DNA of 64,000 nucleotides from NCBI GenBank assembly GCA_030950485.1, contig JAUZRK010000025.1:8236-72235 (forward strand), read 5' to 3'. The position numbers were made by a program, and so were the translations under genes. Under the pieces are notes generated by a model that did no database searches, had not been told where the DNA came from, and was given only the letters and a program-made list of their open reading frames with translations. This stretch comes from Candidatus Dojkabacteria bacterium. Lineage in GTDB: Bacteria; Patescibacteriota; Dojkabacteria; J137. Shown here piece after piece: positions 30,789 to 40,735 of this stretch (positions are counted from its first letter, which is position 1; every line of letters begins with the position of its first letter).

Positions 30789-30820
30789 CTGTAGGATTAG
30801 CAGATCTGCGAGTCCTACAG
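30789..30820. repeat. GTAG-footed imperfect palindrome (REP-like and/or bidirectional terminator)
   Basis: CTGTAGGATTAGCAGATCTGCGAGTCCTACAG between convergent genes. Confidence 0.55.
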
Positions 30821-30831
30821 TTTCATATATT

Positions 30832-31341
30832 TCAGCTTACTCTGGCAACTACTTCTTTAGGAAATTTCTCTGGCTCAGCTTTTATCTCTTCAAATGTATA
30901 TTTTTTACGATGATAATTTTTTTCTAACGGGTCTGTGTAATCAAATATTAGTACTAGTACGTAATTATCCATTAGGAAATATTGTTCCTTTTTCAAGCTA
31001 GTTTTATATTGATAAATCATTTCATTCACAGGAATCCAAAATGACGGATTTAATTCTAAATACTGTTTATTTGATTCTTGAAAGTCTTCCTCAGTGAAAT
31101 TTTCAGTAATATATTTAACTATTTCGTTATAAAGGTTATCTGGTAATAAATCTAATTTAGGCTTTTCTATAAATTTACCAAATGTTTGGTTATAAGTTTG
31201 ATAGACTCCAAATCTACGATTGTCTTCAGCTTTAAAGTGCCTGTCGGGGTTTTCAATTATATCTATTTCCCACCTTACTAACTTATCTTCAAATGAGACA
31301 ACTACTTTTGTTTCATTTTCTAAAGGGTATGACCAATTCAT
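30832..31341 (-). CDS. Hypothetical protein
   Basis: 169-aa ORF, ATGA overlap with upstream gene. Confidence 0.6.
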   Translation of the reverse strand: MNWSYPLENETKVVVSFEDKLVRWEIDIIENPDRHFKAEDNRRFGVYQTYNQTFGKFIEKPKLDLLPDNLYNEIVKYITENFTEEDFQESNKQYLELNPSFWIPVNEMIYQYKTSLKKEQYFLMDNYVLVLIFDYTDPLEKNYHRKKYTFEEIKAEPEKFPKEVVARVS

Positions 31342-32041
31342 TTATCTGTTTCTAACATATAATTTACATCAGTATTTATTCTACTGATATTAAGTTCTTT
31401 AATTTCATCCATTGATTTATCTCCGAAAGGTACTTTGGTTAGTCCTGCTAAATCAATCAGCTTAAGTTTTTGCTCATCTTTATCACAAATTACATGTGCA
31501 CCTGAATAAATAAACCCTTGCTCTGCAAGTGCTTGAGCAAGGTCTAAAATCTGTAGATCAAGCTTTCCGTTTTCTTTAAGCTCTCTTGCTTTTTTACTAC
31601 TCTGAGTTAGTAATTGCATGCCTATAATTTGATATGTTGCACCTTCTGATATGAAAGATAAAACTAACTTAGGTAGAAAACCTGTATTTTCTAAGGCTCT
31701 AAAGTTATCTATCTCTGTTTACATATAACCTCTTGCTTTAGACAAATCTGCCGTTTCATCAACAGTTGCTTTCATTTGCATGCTTGATACTTTATATAAA
31801 ATTGCTTCAAAAGGTATGTAAACCTTATATAAAACCTTATTACTATCTGTATAGATAAAGCCAGAACTTGATTCCATTTCTTTCTCAAAATTAATTCATC
31901 TTCATCTATTCCTAAATAGTTTGATAAGTTGCTTCTAGCAAATTTTTCTCGAGCATTGAATGCATCTAAAGCTATCTCATATGTAACTTCCTCAGATTTA
32001 ATTACTCTTACATTATCATTATCTTCAGGTAACTCTGCCAT
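31338..32041 (-). pseudogene. Protein kinase-like orphan with frameshift and in-frame TAA (31719-31721)
   Basis: Bridging frame reads LYKV..RGYM*TEIDNFRALENTGFLPKL..YQIIGMQLL into KLKLIDLAGL. Confidence 0.5.
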
Positions 32042-32045
32042 AATT

Positions 32046-32813
32046 TTAAATAATAGTTTTTACAAAAAATAAACTATTGTCATTTATTTGTTCAAGCTTA
32101 TAACCACCTAAATTAAATTTTTTAACACCTTCTATATCATTTATTTTATTTTTAATTAGGAAATCTATAAAACTTCCTCTTCCTTGTTTAGCATAAAGAC
32201 CTATATTTTTAGTAACAGAATTCTTAGTTTGTCTAAATTCTATATTAATAAATTTACCTTTAAGCTTTTTTATATCTATGACTTTAGAGTATTCACCGGA
32301 GGCCAAATTTATTACAAATCTACTTTCCTTTTTATATTTAACCATCTCTAAATTAAGATCATTAGTTACTAGAGTACTCCAAAATTTATAAAGTGTGGGT
32401 TTACTTAAATTTAATTTCTCAATATTAGCCTTCATTTCAAGCCTATAAGGTTTAATAAAATCATATGGTTTTAATATTCCATACATCCCTGTGATAATCC
32501 TTAAATGCTTTTGTAAGTATACATGATCTTGTTCATTGAAATTATGTGCTTCGAATTGTTTATAGATCTCTCCTTTATATACTTCAATAGCAGGCTTTTC
32601 TATAGCGGAGCTCCATGATTCAAATCTCTCATAATTCAAATCAGCTAATTTATCGCTCACCTTTAAAAATGATTTAAAAGCATTTTTATCTAGCTTTTTT
32701 ATATTAGTTGCTATTTTATTTGCTTTAGCTAAGTAAACTGGCTCGCTACTTAGTTTACTTATAATTTTCTTCGTAAAATCTTGAGTTTTTGCAGGTGAAG
32801 TTATAAAAACCAT
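32046..32813 (-). CDS. yaaA: YaaA/DUF328 peroxide-stress protein
   Basis: SPAK, YGILKPYD.IKPYRLEM, INLASGEY, AKQGRG. Confidence 0.92.
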   Translation of the reverse strand: MVFITSPAKTQDFTKKIISKLSSEPVYLAKANKIATNIKKLDKNAFKSFLKVSDKLADLNYERFESWSSAIEKPAIEVYKGEIYKQFEAHNFNEQDHVYLQKHLRIITGMYGILKPYDFIKPYRLEMKANIEKLNLSKPTLYKFWSTLVTNDLNLEMVKYKKESRFVINLASGEYSKVIDIKKLKGKFINIEFRQTKNSVTKNIGLYAKQGRGSFIDFLIKNKINDIEGVKKFNLGGYKLEQINDNSLFFVKTII

Positions 32814-32819
32814 CCAAAT

Positions 32820-33404
32820 TTATACAGAGAAAGTAGAAATCATCCTATTAACAAATTCTTTATCAATCAATGTATCTTCAGGCGTATTAGATTCACTATT
32901 ATTCCATTCAAAATAGAAATATAAACCTGATTCTTTATCATAGCCTAGTAATATACCTGGATATGCTTGAGATAATGCTACTTGATAATATTCTTCTTCG
33001 TTATATACATTAATGATAAAAGCTGTAGCAAAGCTAGATGGACAAAAATTGTCTATAAAGCTTGAATCTTTTGTTGATAAACAATAGATCATAGTATATT
33101 CATAAAAGCTTGTGTCTAAGAAAAAACTATCTGCGAGATCTCCTGCATCAAAACTATAACCAAATCTAGAATCACCAATATAATTATCTTTTGTGGCTAA
33201 TTCTGACTCATCTTGTATTTCTTCCAATGGTTCTACATTTATATCTTCTTCGGCTTCATTTTTCTCGTTAGAAGTTATCTCCTCAGTACTTACTTCATTA
33301 TTATTCTCTTTTATATTATTGGAAGATTTAAATAATAGTAATATTGACAGTAAAATTATTATCAATAATAGAAACATTGAATTCTTTATATTATCTTTGT
33401 TCAT
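32820..33404 (-). CDS. Membrane-anchored extracellular hypothetical protein
   Basis: N-terminal TM, acidic linker, FGYSF start and MISTFSV end typical of PsbP-like domains. Confidence 0.6.
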   Translation of the reverse strand: MNKDNIKNSMFLLLIIILLSILLLFKSSNNIKENNNEVSTEEITSNEKNEAEEDINVEPLEEIQDESELATKDNYIGDSRFGYSFDAGDLADSFFLDTSFYEYTMIYCLSTKDSSFIDNFCPSSFATAFIINVYNEEEYYQVALSQAYPGILLGYDKESGLYFYFEWNNSESNTPEDTLIDKEFVNRMISTFSV

Positions 33405-33557
33405 TTTCTTTAGAGATATTAGAAAAAGTAATTTTATATTGAGGTGTTGTTTGTTAACTCAACTAATTTAAATACTACCATTTGAACTAACCGACATCAA
33501 TGAAACAATTATATATAAGCTAGAGCATAGTGTATAATCCTGCATATTTTTATCAAT

Positions 33558-34853
33558 ATGTCAGATAATCAACAAAATGCATATAGATCTGAGTTATCAG
33601 GCTCTCAAAGTTTAGATCTTAGAAGTAGGATGACTAGCTATGTAGATAGAAGTTTTGAAGATTATGTCCTAGCTAAACAAGAAGGTAGATATAATTGTGA
33701 ATATGATCAATATCAAGAACCTACTGCAGACTTTGAGTCTTTAATTAGTTATATAGAACTATTACTTGCTGAGAGAAGCAAGCACTTCTCTTTTAATACG
33801 ACAATAGGCTTTAAAGAAGGAGTTACAGATCAAGATAAGTTTGATCAGTCACTAAATGGAATGATTGAAGTATTTAGTGATTCTTCGAAGCTAATGGCTA
33901 ATCTTAATGACTTTGACTTATTAAAAAAAGCTGAATATATTATAAAAAATGAACATGAAAGAATTAATAGTTTCTTGAGAAAAAATGATTGGGGTGGTGA
34001 AAATGAAGATTATAACCAGTATAGAGAACTCAATAATAGAATGTATTCAATATTAAATGGGAACGGGGCTCGAATCTCTGATCTTATGAGAAGTAGTTCC
34101 ATAAGAGTTAGCATTACACCATATAATGAGAATTTAGATAAAGTATGTAGCCAAATATCTGATGCTTTAGAATCAATTGAGCAAGATTTAAATAAGAAGG
34201 GAATAAAATTTGACCAAAAATTACTTTATATTCTACGAGAGGGTCCAGCTCATGAAAAAAGTCATCAAGAAGCCTATATAAATTATATCCCTGATAGTGC
34301 TGATGGTAGAAGGGAGTATCTAAGAGAGGGAAGATCTGCCTTAGGTGGTTGGGTGAATTTCAGTGTAGAATTAGAAATTCAGAGACAAGGAGATACTATA
34401 GTAGCTGGAATGTCTGTAGGACTTCCTCATTTAATGTCTTTAGATGAAGCTATACATGTTTATCTAGCACCTGAAAAACCTTCCCTTGGAGACACACTTT
34501 TTACAGCTACGGAGATTTTTAGATATTTAGATACTAATTCACCACTTTATAATGAAGTTTTAGAAACTTTAACTGATGTTTGCATTGAACTTAACATTTT
34601 CAATATAGAGAACGATCCTAAAAACCTTATCTCTATTCCCATTCCCTTACAGATTGAACAAATACTTTTAAATAGAATTTTAAACATGAGAGATGGGCAA
34701 GAATTTATAGCGAATACACTGATGAGAAATATGAAATCTATTGAAGATATACTTGCTACAAGACTAGTAGAAATAATTAGAAAACATACTAAAAAAATAA
34801 TACTTCTTCACTATAATCAAAAAGCTTTTATTACCCCTAAATATTTAATCTAA
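33558..34853 (+). CDS. Hypothetical protein with HExxH motif
   Basis: 431-aa ORF containing AHEKSH. Confidence 0.65.
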   Translation: MSDNQQNAYRSELSGSQSLDLRSRMTSYVDRSFEDYVLAKQEGRYNCEYDQYQEPTADFESLISYIELLLAERSKHFSFNTTIGFKEGVTDQDKFDQSLNGMIEVFSDSSKLMANLNDFDLLKKAEYIIKNEHERINSFLRKNDWGGENEDYNQYRELNNRMYSILNGNGARISDLMRSSSIRVSITPYNENLDKVCSQISDALESIEQDLNKKGIKFDQKLLYILREGPAHEKSHQEAYINYIPDSADGRREYLREGRSALGGWVNFSVELEIQRQGDTIVAGMSVGLPHLMSLDEAIHVYLAPEKPSLGDTLFTATEIFRYLDTNSPLYNEVLETLTDVCIELNIFNIENDPKNLISIPIPLQIEQILLNRILNMRDGQEFIANTLMRNMKSIEDILATRLVEIIRKHTKKIILLHYNQKAFITPKYLI

Positions 34854-34902
34854 AATAGTGAACTAATTCGAATAAGATTAATAAAATGATATACTTTAGC
34901 TC

Positions 34903-35505
34903 ATGAATGAATCAATAAAATATATTTCAAACAAATTAAGCATAGTTAGTAATAGCGTTAAAGCTACTATTGAACTGTTAGAAGACGGATCAACTGTACC
35001 ATTTATATCTAGATATAGAAAAGAAGCTACGGGAGGTTTAGATGAGGTCGAGATAAATGATATAAAAAATGAATTAGCTTTGTTTAAAGAAACTGAGGCG
35101 AGAAGATCTTTTATAATTAAAACTATAGATGAACAAGGAGAACTAACTGATGAATTAAAAATAAGTCTAGAGAAAGCTAGCGAACTGGCTGAATTAGAAG
35201 ATCTATACTTACCATACAAAAAGAAAAAGAAAACTAAGGGAACTATTGCTAAAAATAAGGGGCTAGAGCCTTTAGCTGAATTAATATTTGAACAAGGTGA
35301 TATTGACTTAAAAGTTGAGGCTTTAAAATTTATAACCTCCTCTGACGGTGTTAACTCTGAAACGAGTTCAGAGGAGCTTGCCGTCAACTCTATAGAGGAA
35401 GCTCTGGAGGGAACTAGGGATATAATTGCTGAATGGATTAATGAAGATATTGAAGCAAGGAATAAATTGAGAACATTATTTGAAAGAGAGGCAGAGTTGG
35501 ATTGA
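34903..35505 (+). pseudogene. tex: Tex-family transcription accessory protein, N-terminal fragment only
   Basis: LLEDGSTVPFISRYRKEATGGLDE, LEDLYLPYK, GLEPLA; ends at 200 aa whereas the family is about 700+ aa. Confidence 0.9.
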
Positions 35506-35551
35506 TGATGAAAGGATTGAATTAGGAATGAATTTCAATTGATTGGAATGG

Positions 35552-35794
35552 ATAGGGACAGGTTTCAAACCTGTCCCGACAGTCCCGACTAATAAAAATC
35601 ACACATTATCAGAAATAATCCGTGCTCTAAAAACCTTCTCTTCTCGAAGAATAAGCAAGATCTCAAATTCGAAATTCTGCTAGCAGCGATCATTCCACGA
35701 TAGAATAATCAGAAGCGAAAATGAATATATTAGAATTAAAGACTATATTCAAAATAACCCACGAAATTTAAAAAATAATAAACCTAATGATTAA
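35552..35794 (+). mobile_element. Remnant of a REP-associated tyrosine transposase (RAYT, IS200/Y1 HUH family) with embedded REP-like hairpin
   Basis: IGTGFKPVPT..HTLSEIIRALKTFSSRRI..*QRSFHDRIIR..YIQNNP; TAG at 35681 in place of Trp; 11-bp stem GGGACAGGTTT-C-AAACCTGTCCC at 35555-35577. Confidence 0.8.
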
Positions 35795-35868
35795 TATATA
35801 CTCATTCAATTTATTTATCTTGCCTAACCTGTCATTTATCTGTAGAATCCAACACTTAAATAATACCT

Positions 35869-36195
35869 ATGTACGGAATAACAAATCACTGTAAAGACTG
35901 TTCACAAGATACTAAATGTCCACTAATTCACGCAATGAAGTCAACGAGAAAGCCTGAAAATTTGTAACAACTTTTAGATCAATTACCTGGAGATAGTTCT
36001 GCCAAAATTGACGCTGGTAATTACTCTGAACTAGACGATACTACTAAAGTATATTTTGAAAATATATTAGCTGCAGCTGGTTTAGATATTAAAGTAGGAC
36101 AGTTTTTCCAAGCAGTTATAGCTAGCGATATAGAAGGTACTGCTTGTTATGGAGAGGACGATACAGGTTGGCTAGTTGCTTTTGAAGAAGCTTAA
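35869..36195 (+). pseudogene. Small Cys-containing hypothetical gene with in-frame TAA (35965-35967)
   Basis: MYGITNHCKDCSQDTKCPL...NL*QLLDQ...WLVAFEEA; frame continues past the stop. Confidence 0.5.
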
Positions 36196-36321
36196 CTAAT
36201 TACTTCTAATATCAGAAAAGCTCATCTACTATAGAAATAAAAATCATGTATTTAGCAGTATTACTATGTTGCCGAACTTTACCACCGATGATATAATCAA
36301 TATAGATTATAAAATTTCAAT

Positions 36322-37222
36322 ATGGCTCTGAATGATGTAATGCAACCAGATGACAACGAAGGTGGTAAAGAACCTAGTTTGTTTGAGATTATGAAGGAGG
36401 ATGAATTTCTTGAAGAAGTTTTGGCTCCATTTTTACCAATTATAAAAATTGAGAACTCTGCACAAAGAGAGGCTGCAAATACGCTAACTTTTAAAAAGTA
36501 CTCCACCTACTCAGTAACCCCCAGTTAGTACTTGAGGTGTTGAAAGATGAGGGGCTACAAAATTTCATACAAAACTTAGCTGTTTACGCTGATTCAGATA
36601 TTGAAGAAAAAAGAGGTGTTCCCCCTTATGAAACTCTAGAGTATGTTGCAAATGCATTAAATAACCATAGACAGAAACTAGTAAATCAAGCAAAAGTGCT
36701 AATTAGAACTGCAAGAAACGAAACTAGAGAATTATTAGTTGAAAAAAGACTTAGAAATGTAGATAATCAACAATTTTGTATTACAATACCATATGACTCT
36801 ATAGCAGAAGTAAATACAGTTTTTCTTTCAGAAGAAGATGCTCTAATTATAATTGCTGCTGGTATTAGATTAAGAGAATTAGGAGTAAAGCTATCGACAG
36901 AGACAATACACCACGAAACTCTACAAACAAACAAATAACTACGAGACTTTTCAATGAAGAAGAAACAATGGAGCTAAACGAAGATGAAAAAGAAGCAAGG
37001 TTATCAAGATTTGTAGCAATTAGACTAAAAACATTGTTTATGGTTTATAAATATACTGATCCCGAAATCTTTAATATCTCTCAAAGAGATGAAGAAGAGT
37101 ATAATACAGGTAATATTGACTTTACTGTAGATGAAGGAATGCATAAAATTTTAATGATTGGGTACAATAAGGATCTTTTTGATAGATGGCAAGATGGAGA
37201 TGAAATTGACGAATTAATTTAG
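36322..37222 (+). pseudogene. Orphan gene broken into three pieces by two frameshifts
   Basis: ORFs 36322-36528, 36537-36938 and 36968-37222 abut; ACAA repeat at ~36923-36934 explains the second shift. Confidence 0.5.
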
Positions 37223-37233
37223 TCTTGAGAGAA

Positions 37234-38158
37234 TTATTTATTGACAAAGTTCATAGCTCCTAGATCTGCTATTCTCTGAGCCTTTTGAAACAATACCTTA
37301 ATTTCTTCTTCATGTGAAATTAAACCTTGTTGACTAATGTGATTAGTACCAAAGAAATGAATAGTGTCTTCATTAATTAAGCCATATGACCATGAATGAC
37401 TACTCTCTTTATCCCCTAGATAAATAGTTGCCCTAATAGGTTGTCTAAATCGATTTCTAGCATAACTAAAGCCTATTGCAACTGAATAATTGCCATCTTT
37501 TGTCAAACCAATTCCTAAAGCCATAGGCAAATTATATTCTATGGGAGGAATAGGTAATTCTTCAGACGATTTAAAATTAAGCGAAGATTGGTTTATTGAT
37601 GGTTTTGTCGGACTAATTTCATGCAATGTATTTATTGAATAGCCTTTTATATCTCTTCCGCAATTACCATTCAGTGGATCTACTATTAGTATATTTTCTG
37701 AAAAATCTACTGGAGATGGTAGTTCAGGTAGTTTACCTGATAAATCAATTACAAAGTAAGCGTGACTTGCACCCTCCATAGAAAAATGAACTGAACTTGG
37801 CCCACCTACAAAAAAGAATCTAGCATTAGGATTACTTTGTTTTATATCAACTAATATATTATTATCTACCATTTCTGAAATATACCTCTGAGTAAGTCCA
37901 CTACATTGTCCTGCAGTTCTCTTATCGTTATTACTGTAAAATTCATCTATATGAATCACAGGGGGAGCTTGCTCTGCTATTACAATGGAATGAAAATGTT
38001 ACCTTTTAACATCCCGTCTAAGTTTCCATCAGCATTTCTATATATTTGATGATATTCAATTGCTCTATCATGCATAGCTCTCATTGTGACTGAGTCAATT
38101 CCTAAATCTTTTCTGAGTTCTCTCATTCCTCCAAAGTTCTTATCTTCAATATAGTCCA
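37234..38158 (-). pseudogene. Orphan with putative Cys-His-Asp triad; frameshift near 37980
   Basis: Upstream frame from ATG 38158 (MDYIEDKNF); main ORF has AGQCSG, SHAYFVID, ILIVDP. Confidence 0.5.
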
Positions 38159-38404
38159 TTACTTGTACTAATAATAAGTTTGTAATTATAGATGACAGTA
38201 TATAATTTTGTAAATCAATTACCTTTTATTTATAATCACTTTAAACGCTTAAGTAAAAAGTACCTATTATTTTTTGACTAAGGTTTTTTTTTCAACAACT
38301 GCAGGACCTAGAGATTTCTCTTTCTCCTAAAATAATTTCATAATTCGTACTATAATGTTTCGCCGGCTTATACCTGCATATTGTATTTAATAATACCTAT
38401 ATAA

Positions 38405-39997
38405 ATGAGAAAATTATTAAAAAAATGGGAGCCTCTGATAATCATAAGTCTTGCGCTCTTTGTTGTAATAATCGACACAACAATAATTAACGTTTCAATT
38501 ACAGACGTTGTAAAAGATCTAGATACAGATATTGCAAGTATGCAGTGGGTTATTACTATTTACGCGCTTATTATGGCAGCTCTTCTAATTGTAGGAGGTA
38601 AACTTGGAGATATTTACGGAAGGAAGAGAATGTTTATGATAGGAAAGTTTACATACGGTGTTGGAACTTTTATAGCGTCTTTAAGTCAAAACCTGTTTAC
38701 ATTATTAATTGGATGGTCAATATTAGAAGGAATTGGAGGTGCATTAATAATGCCTGCTTCTCAAGCTCTATTAACTGACAATTATAAAGGAAGTGATAGA
38801 TCTATAGCTTTTGGTGTTTGGGGTGCAATAGCTGGTATAACTGTTGCTTTCGGTCCTATTGCAGGAGGATACCTAACTGCAAATGCAAGTTAGAGATGGG
38901 CATTTGCACTCGAACTAATAATAGTATTCTTAGTTCTTGCCTTCTCTACTAGATTAAAAGAGATTTATGTAAGAAGAGATATTAAATTAGACATTGTAGG
39001 TTCCGTACTTTCAATCTTAGGATTAGGTTTTCTAGTTTTAGAAGCGAGAGAATACGGATGGTTAAAAGCTAAAAAGGCTTATGAATTATTCGGAACTACT
39101 ATAAACTTGGGAGATTTATCTATTGCACCAGTTTTTATATCAATCGGTATATTACTAACTTCACTAATGGTGCTTTGGTTATATAAAAGAGAGGGAGGAG
39201 GAAAAGATACACTTTTCAGTCCTAAGATCTTTAAATTTAAAGACTTTGACTTTAGTCTAGCTACCATATTTATAGTTTTAATACCAATGTCTGGAATGAT
39301 GTTTACTCTACCAGTTTTCTGGCAATCAGTAAGACATTATGATGCATTCGAAACTGGTTTGACATTCTTGCCTTATTCAATAACTCTTTTCTTAATAGCT
39401 CCTTCTATGGGTAAGCTTGCATCAAAAGTTTCACCAAAATATATAATTCAAAGTGGAATTGTATTATCAATGGTAGGACTATGGTTAATGCACGATAGTT
39501 TCACTGTAGATTCAACTTGGAAAAGTGCAGCACTAAGTATTGGAGTTTATGGAGCTGGTATAGCAATGGTATTTTCACAAATCCAAAACTACTTACTATC
39601 TACAGTTGATAAAAAATATGTAGGTGAAGCTTCTGGGTTAAACTCAGCAGTTAGACAATTAGGAAGTGCCTTAGGTACTACAATTTTAGGAACAGTATTT
39701 TTAAGTATTGTCACTAGCACAATGACTACAAATATTAATGAAAGTGATATTCTTTCAAATGATATAAAAACAGAACTTATTCAAAGTGTTCAAGCAAGCA
39801 GCGGTTTCGGTGAAAGAAACAATAGTCAGGAAACTGAATTACCCGAATCTATTTCTAGTGAGATAGAAACTTTAAGTAATGAATCTATTTTGGAATCATT
39901 AAAAGATACTTTTTTAATAGGAATAGGAGTAACTGCAATATCACTTCTAGTAAGTTTTGGACTTCCAAAGAAGTTAGAAGAGGAAATCGAGGGATAA
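38405..39997 (+). pseudogene. DHA2 (EmrB/QacA-like) MFS transporter with one in-frame TAG (38891-38893)
   Basis: DTTIINV, GKLGDIYGRKR, GPIAGG; S*RWAF where SWRW is expected; downstream ORF is in the same frame. Confidence 0.88.
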
Positions 39998-40020
39998 TAT
40001 TTTTTAAGAAAATAAACTAT

Positions 40021-40599
40021 ATGGCTGAATTACCAGATAAAGAATCAAAAACATTTGATGAAGCTGTAGAAACAGCTATTACGGAAGCAGACAATGATCA
40101 AATATCTCAGATAGAATTAATTTTAGAAGAAAGTGAAGCAAAAGCGAGAAAAGGACACAAAATTGCTATAGTACTTAATATGCCTGAAGAACCTTCTTTC
40201 AATTTGTCGAGTAAACACAGCTATTTTAGTAGAATTTATGAAATAACTTTAACCTTATTAGGTCTTGAAGTTGATGGTATTCGGACTTTTAAGTCAGAAT
40301 TATTGAGCGCTATAGATATACTAACTGATGAGAAAGTAGATCAAGTGAGACAAATTTCTCAAGATAAAACAATTTCAAAATATCTAAGAATGCATAAAGT
40401 TTTTAGAGAAGTACTAATTGATCTTGTTCCAAGTAACTACAGAGACGAAGATTTGCCAGAAAGAACTCTGGGTTTTATTATAAGTCGAAAATTGGGAATT
40501 AGAATTCCACCTATGGATACAGAAGAAAAAGGGAAGAAAAAGGGAAGAAAATTGGAAGAATTAGAAGTAATTCTTATAATAGGAGCAATGGCAAATTAA
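40021..40599 (+). CDS. Hypothetical protein; C-terminus altered by an 11-bp tandem duplication
   Basis: 192-aa ORF; AGGGAAGAAAA x2 at 40530-40551. Confidence 0.6.
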   Translation: MAELPDKESKTFDEAVETAITEADNDQISQIELILEESEAKARKGHKIAIVLNMPEEPSFNLSSKHSYFSRIYEITLTLLGLEVDGIRTFKSELLSAIDILTDEKVDQVRQISQDKTISKYLRMHKVFREVLIDLVPSNYRDEDLPERTLGFIISRKLGIRIPPMDTEEKGKKKGRKLEELEVILIIGAMAN

Positions 40600-40735
40600 A
40601 AGAGTCTTAGGTGAAAACCTCAGTACTCTTACATCTAGTACTTAGACAAATACATAAACTTAGCACTATGGGATATAGTCTGGATTTCTTTAAAACTTAG
40701 CTAGAAGTTCAATACATGCAGTTTATGTTAGATTC

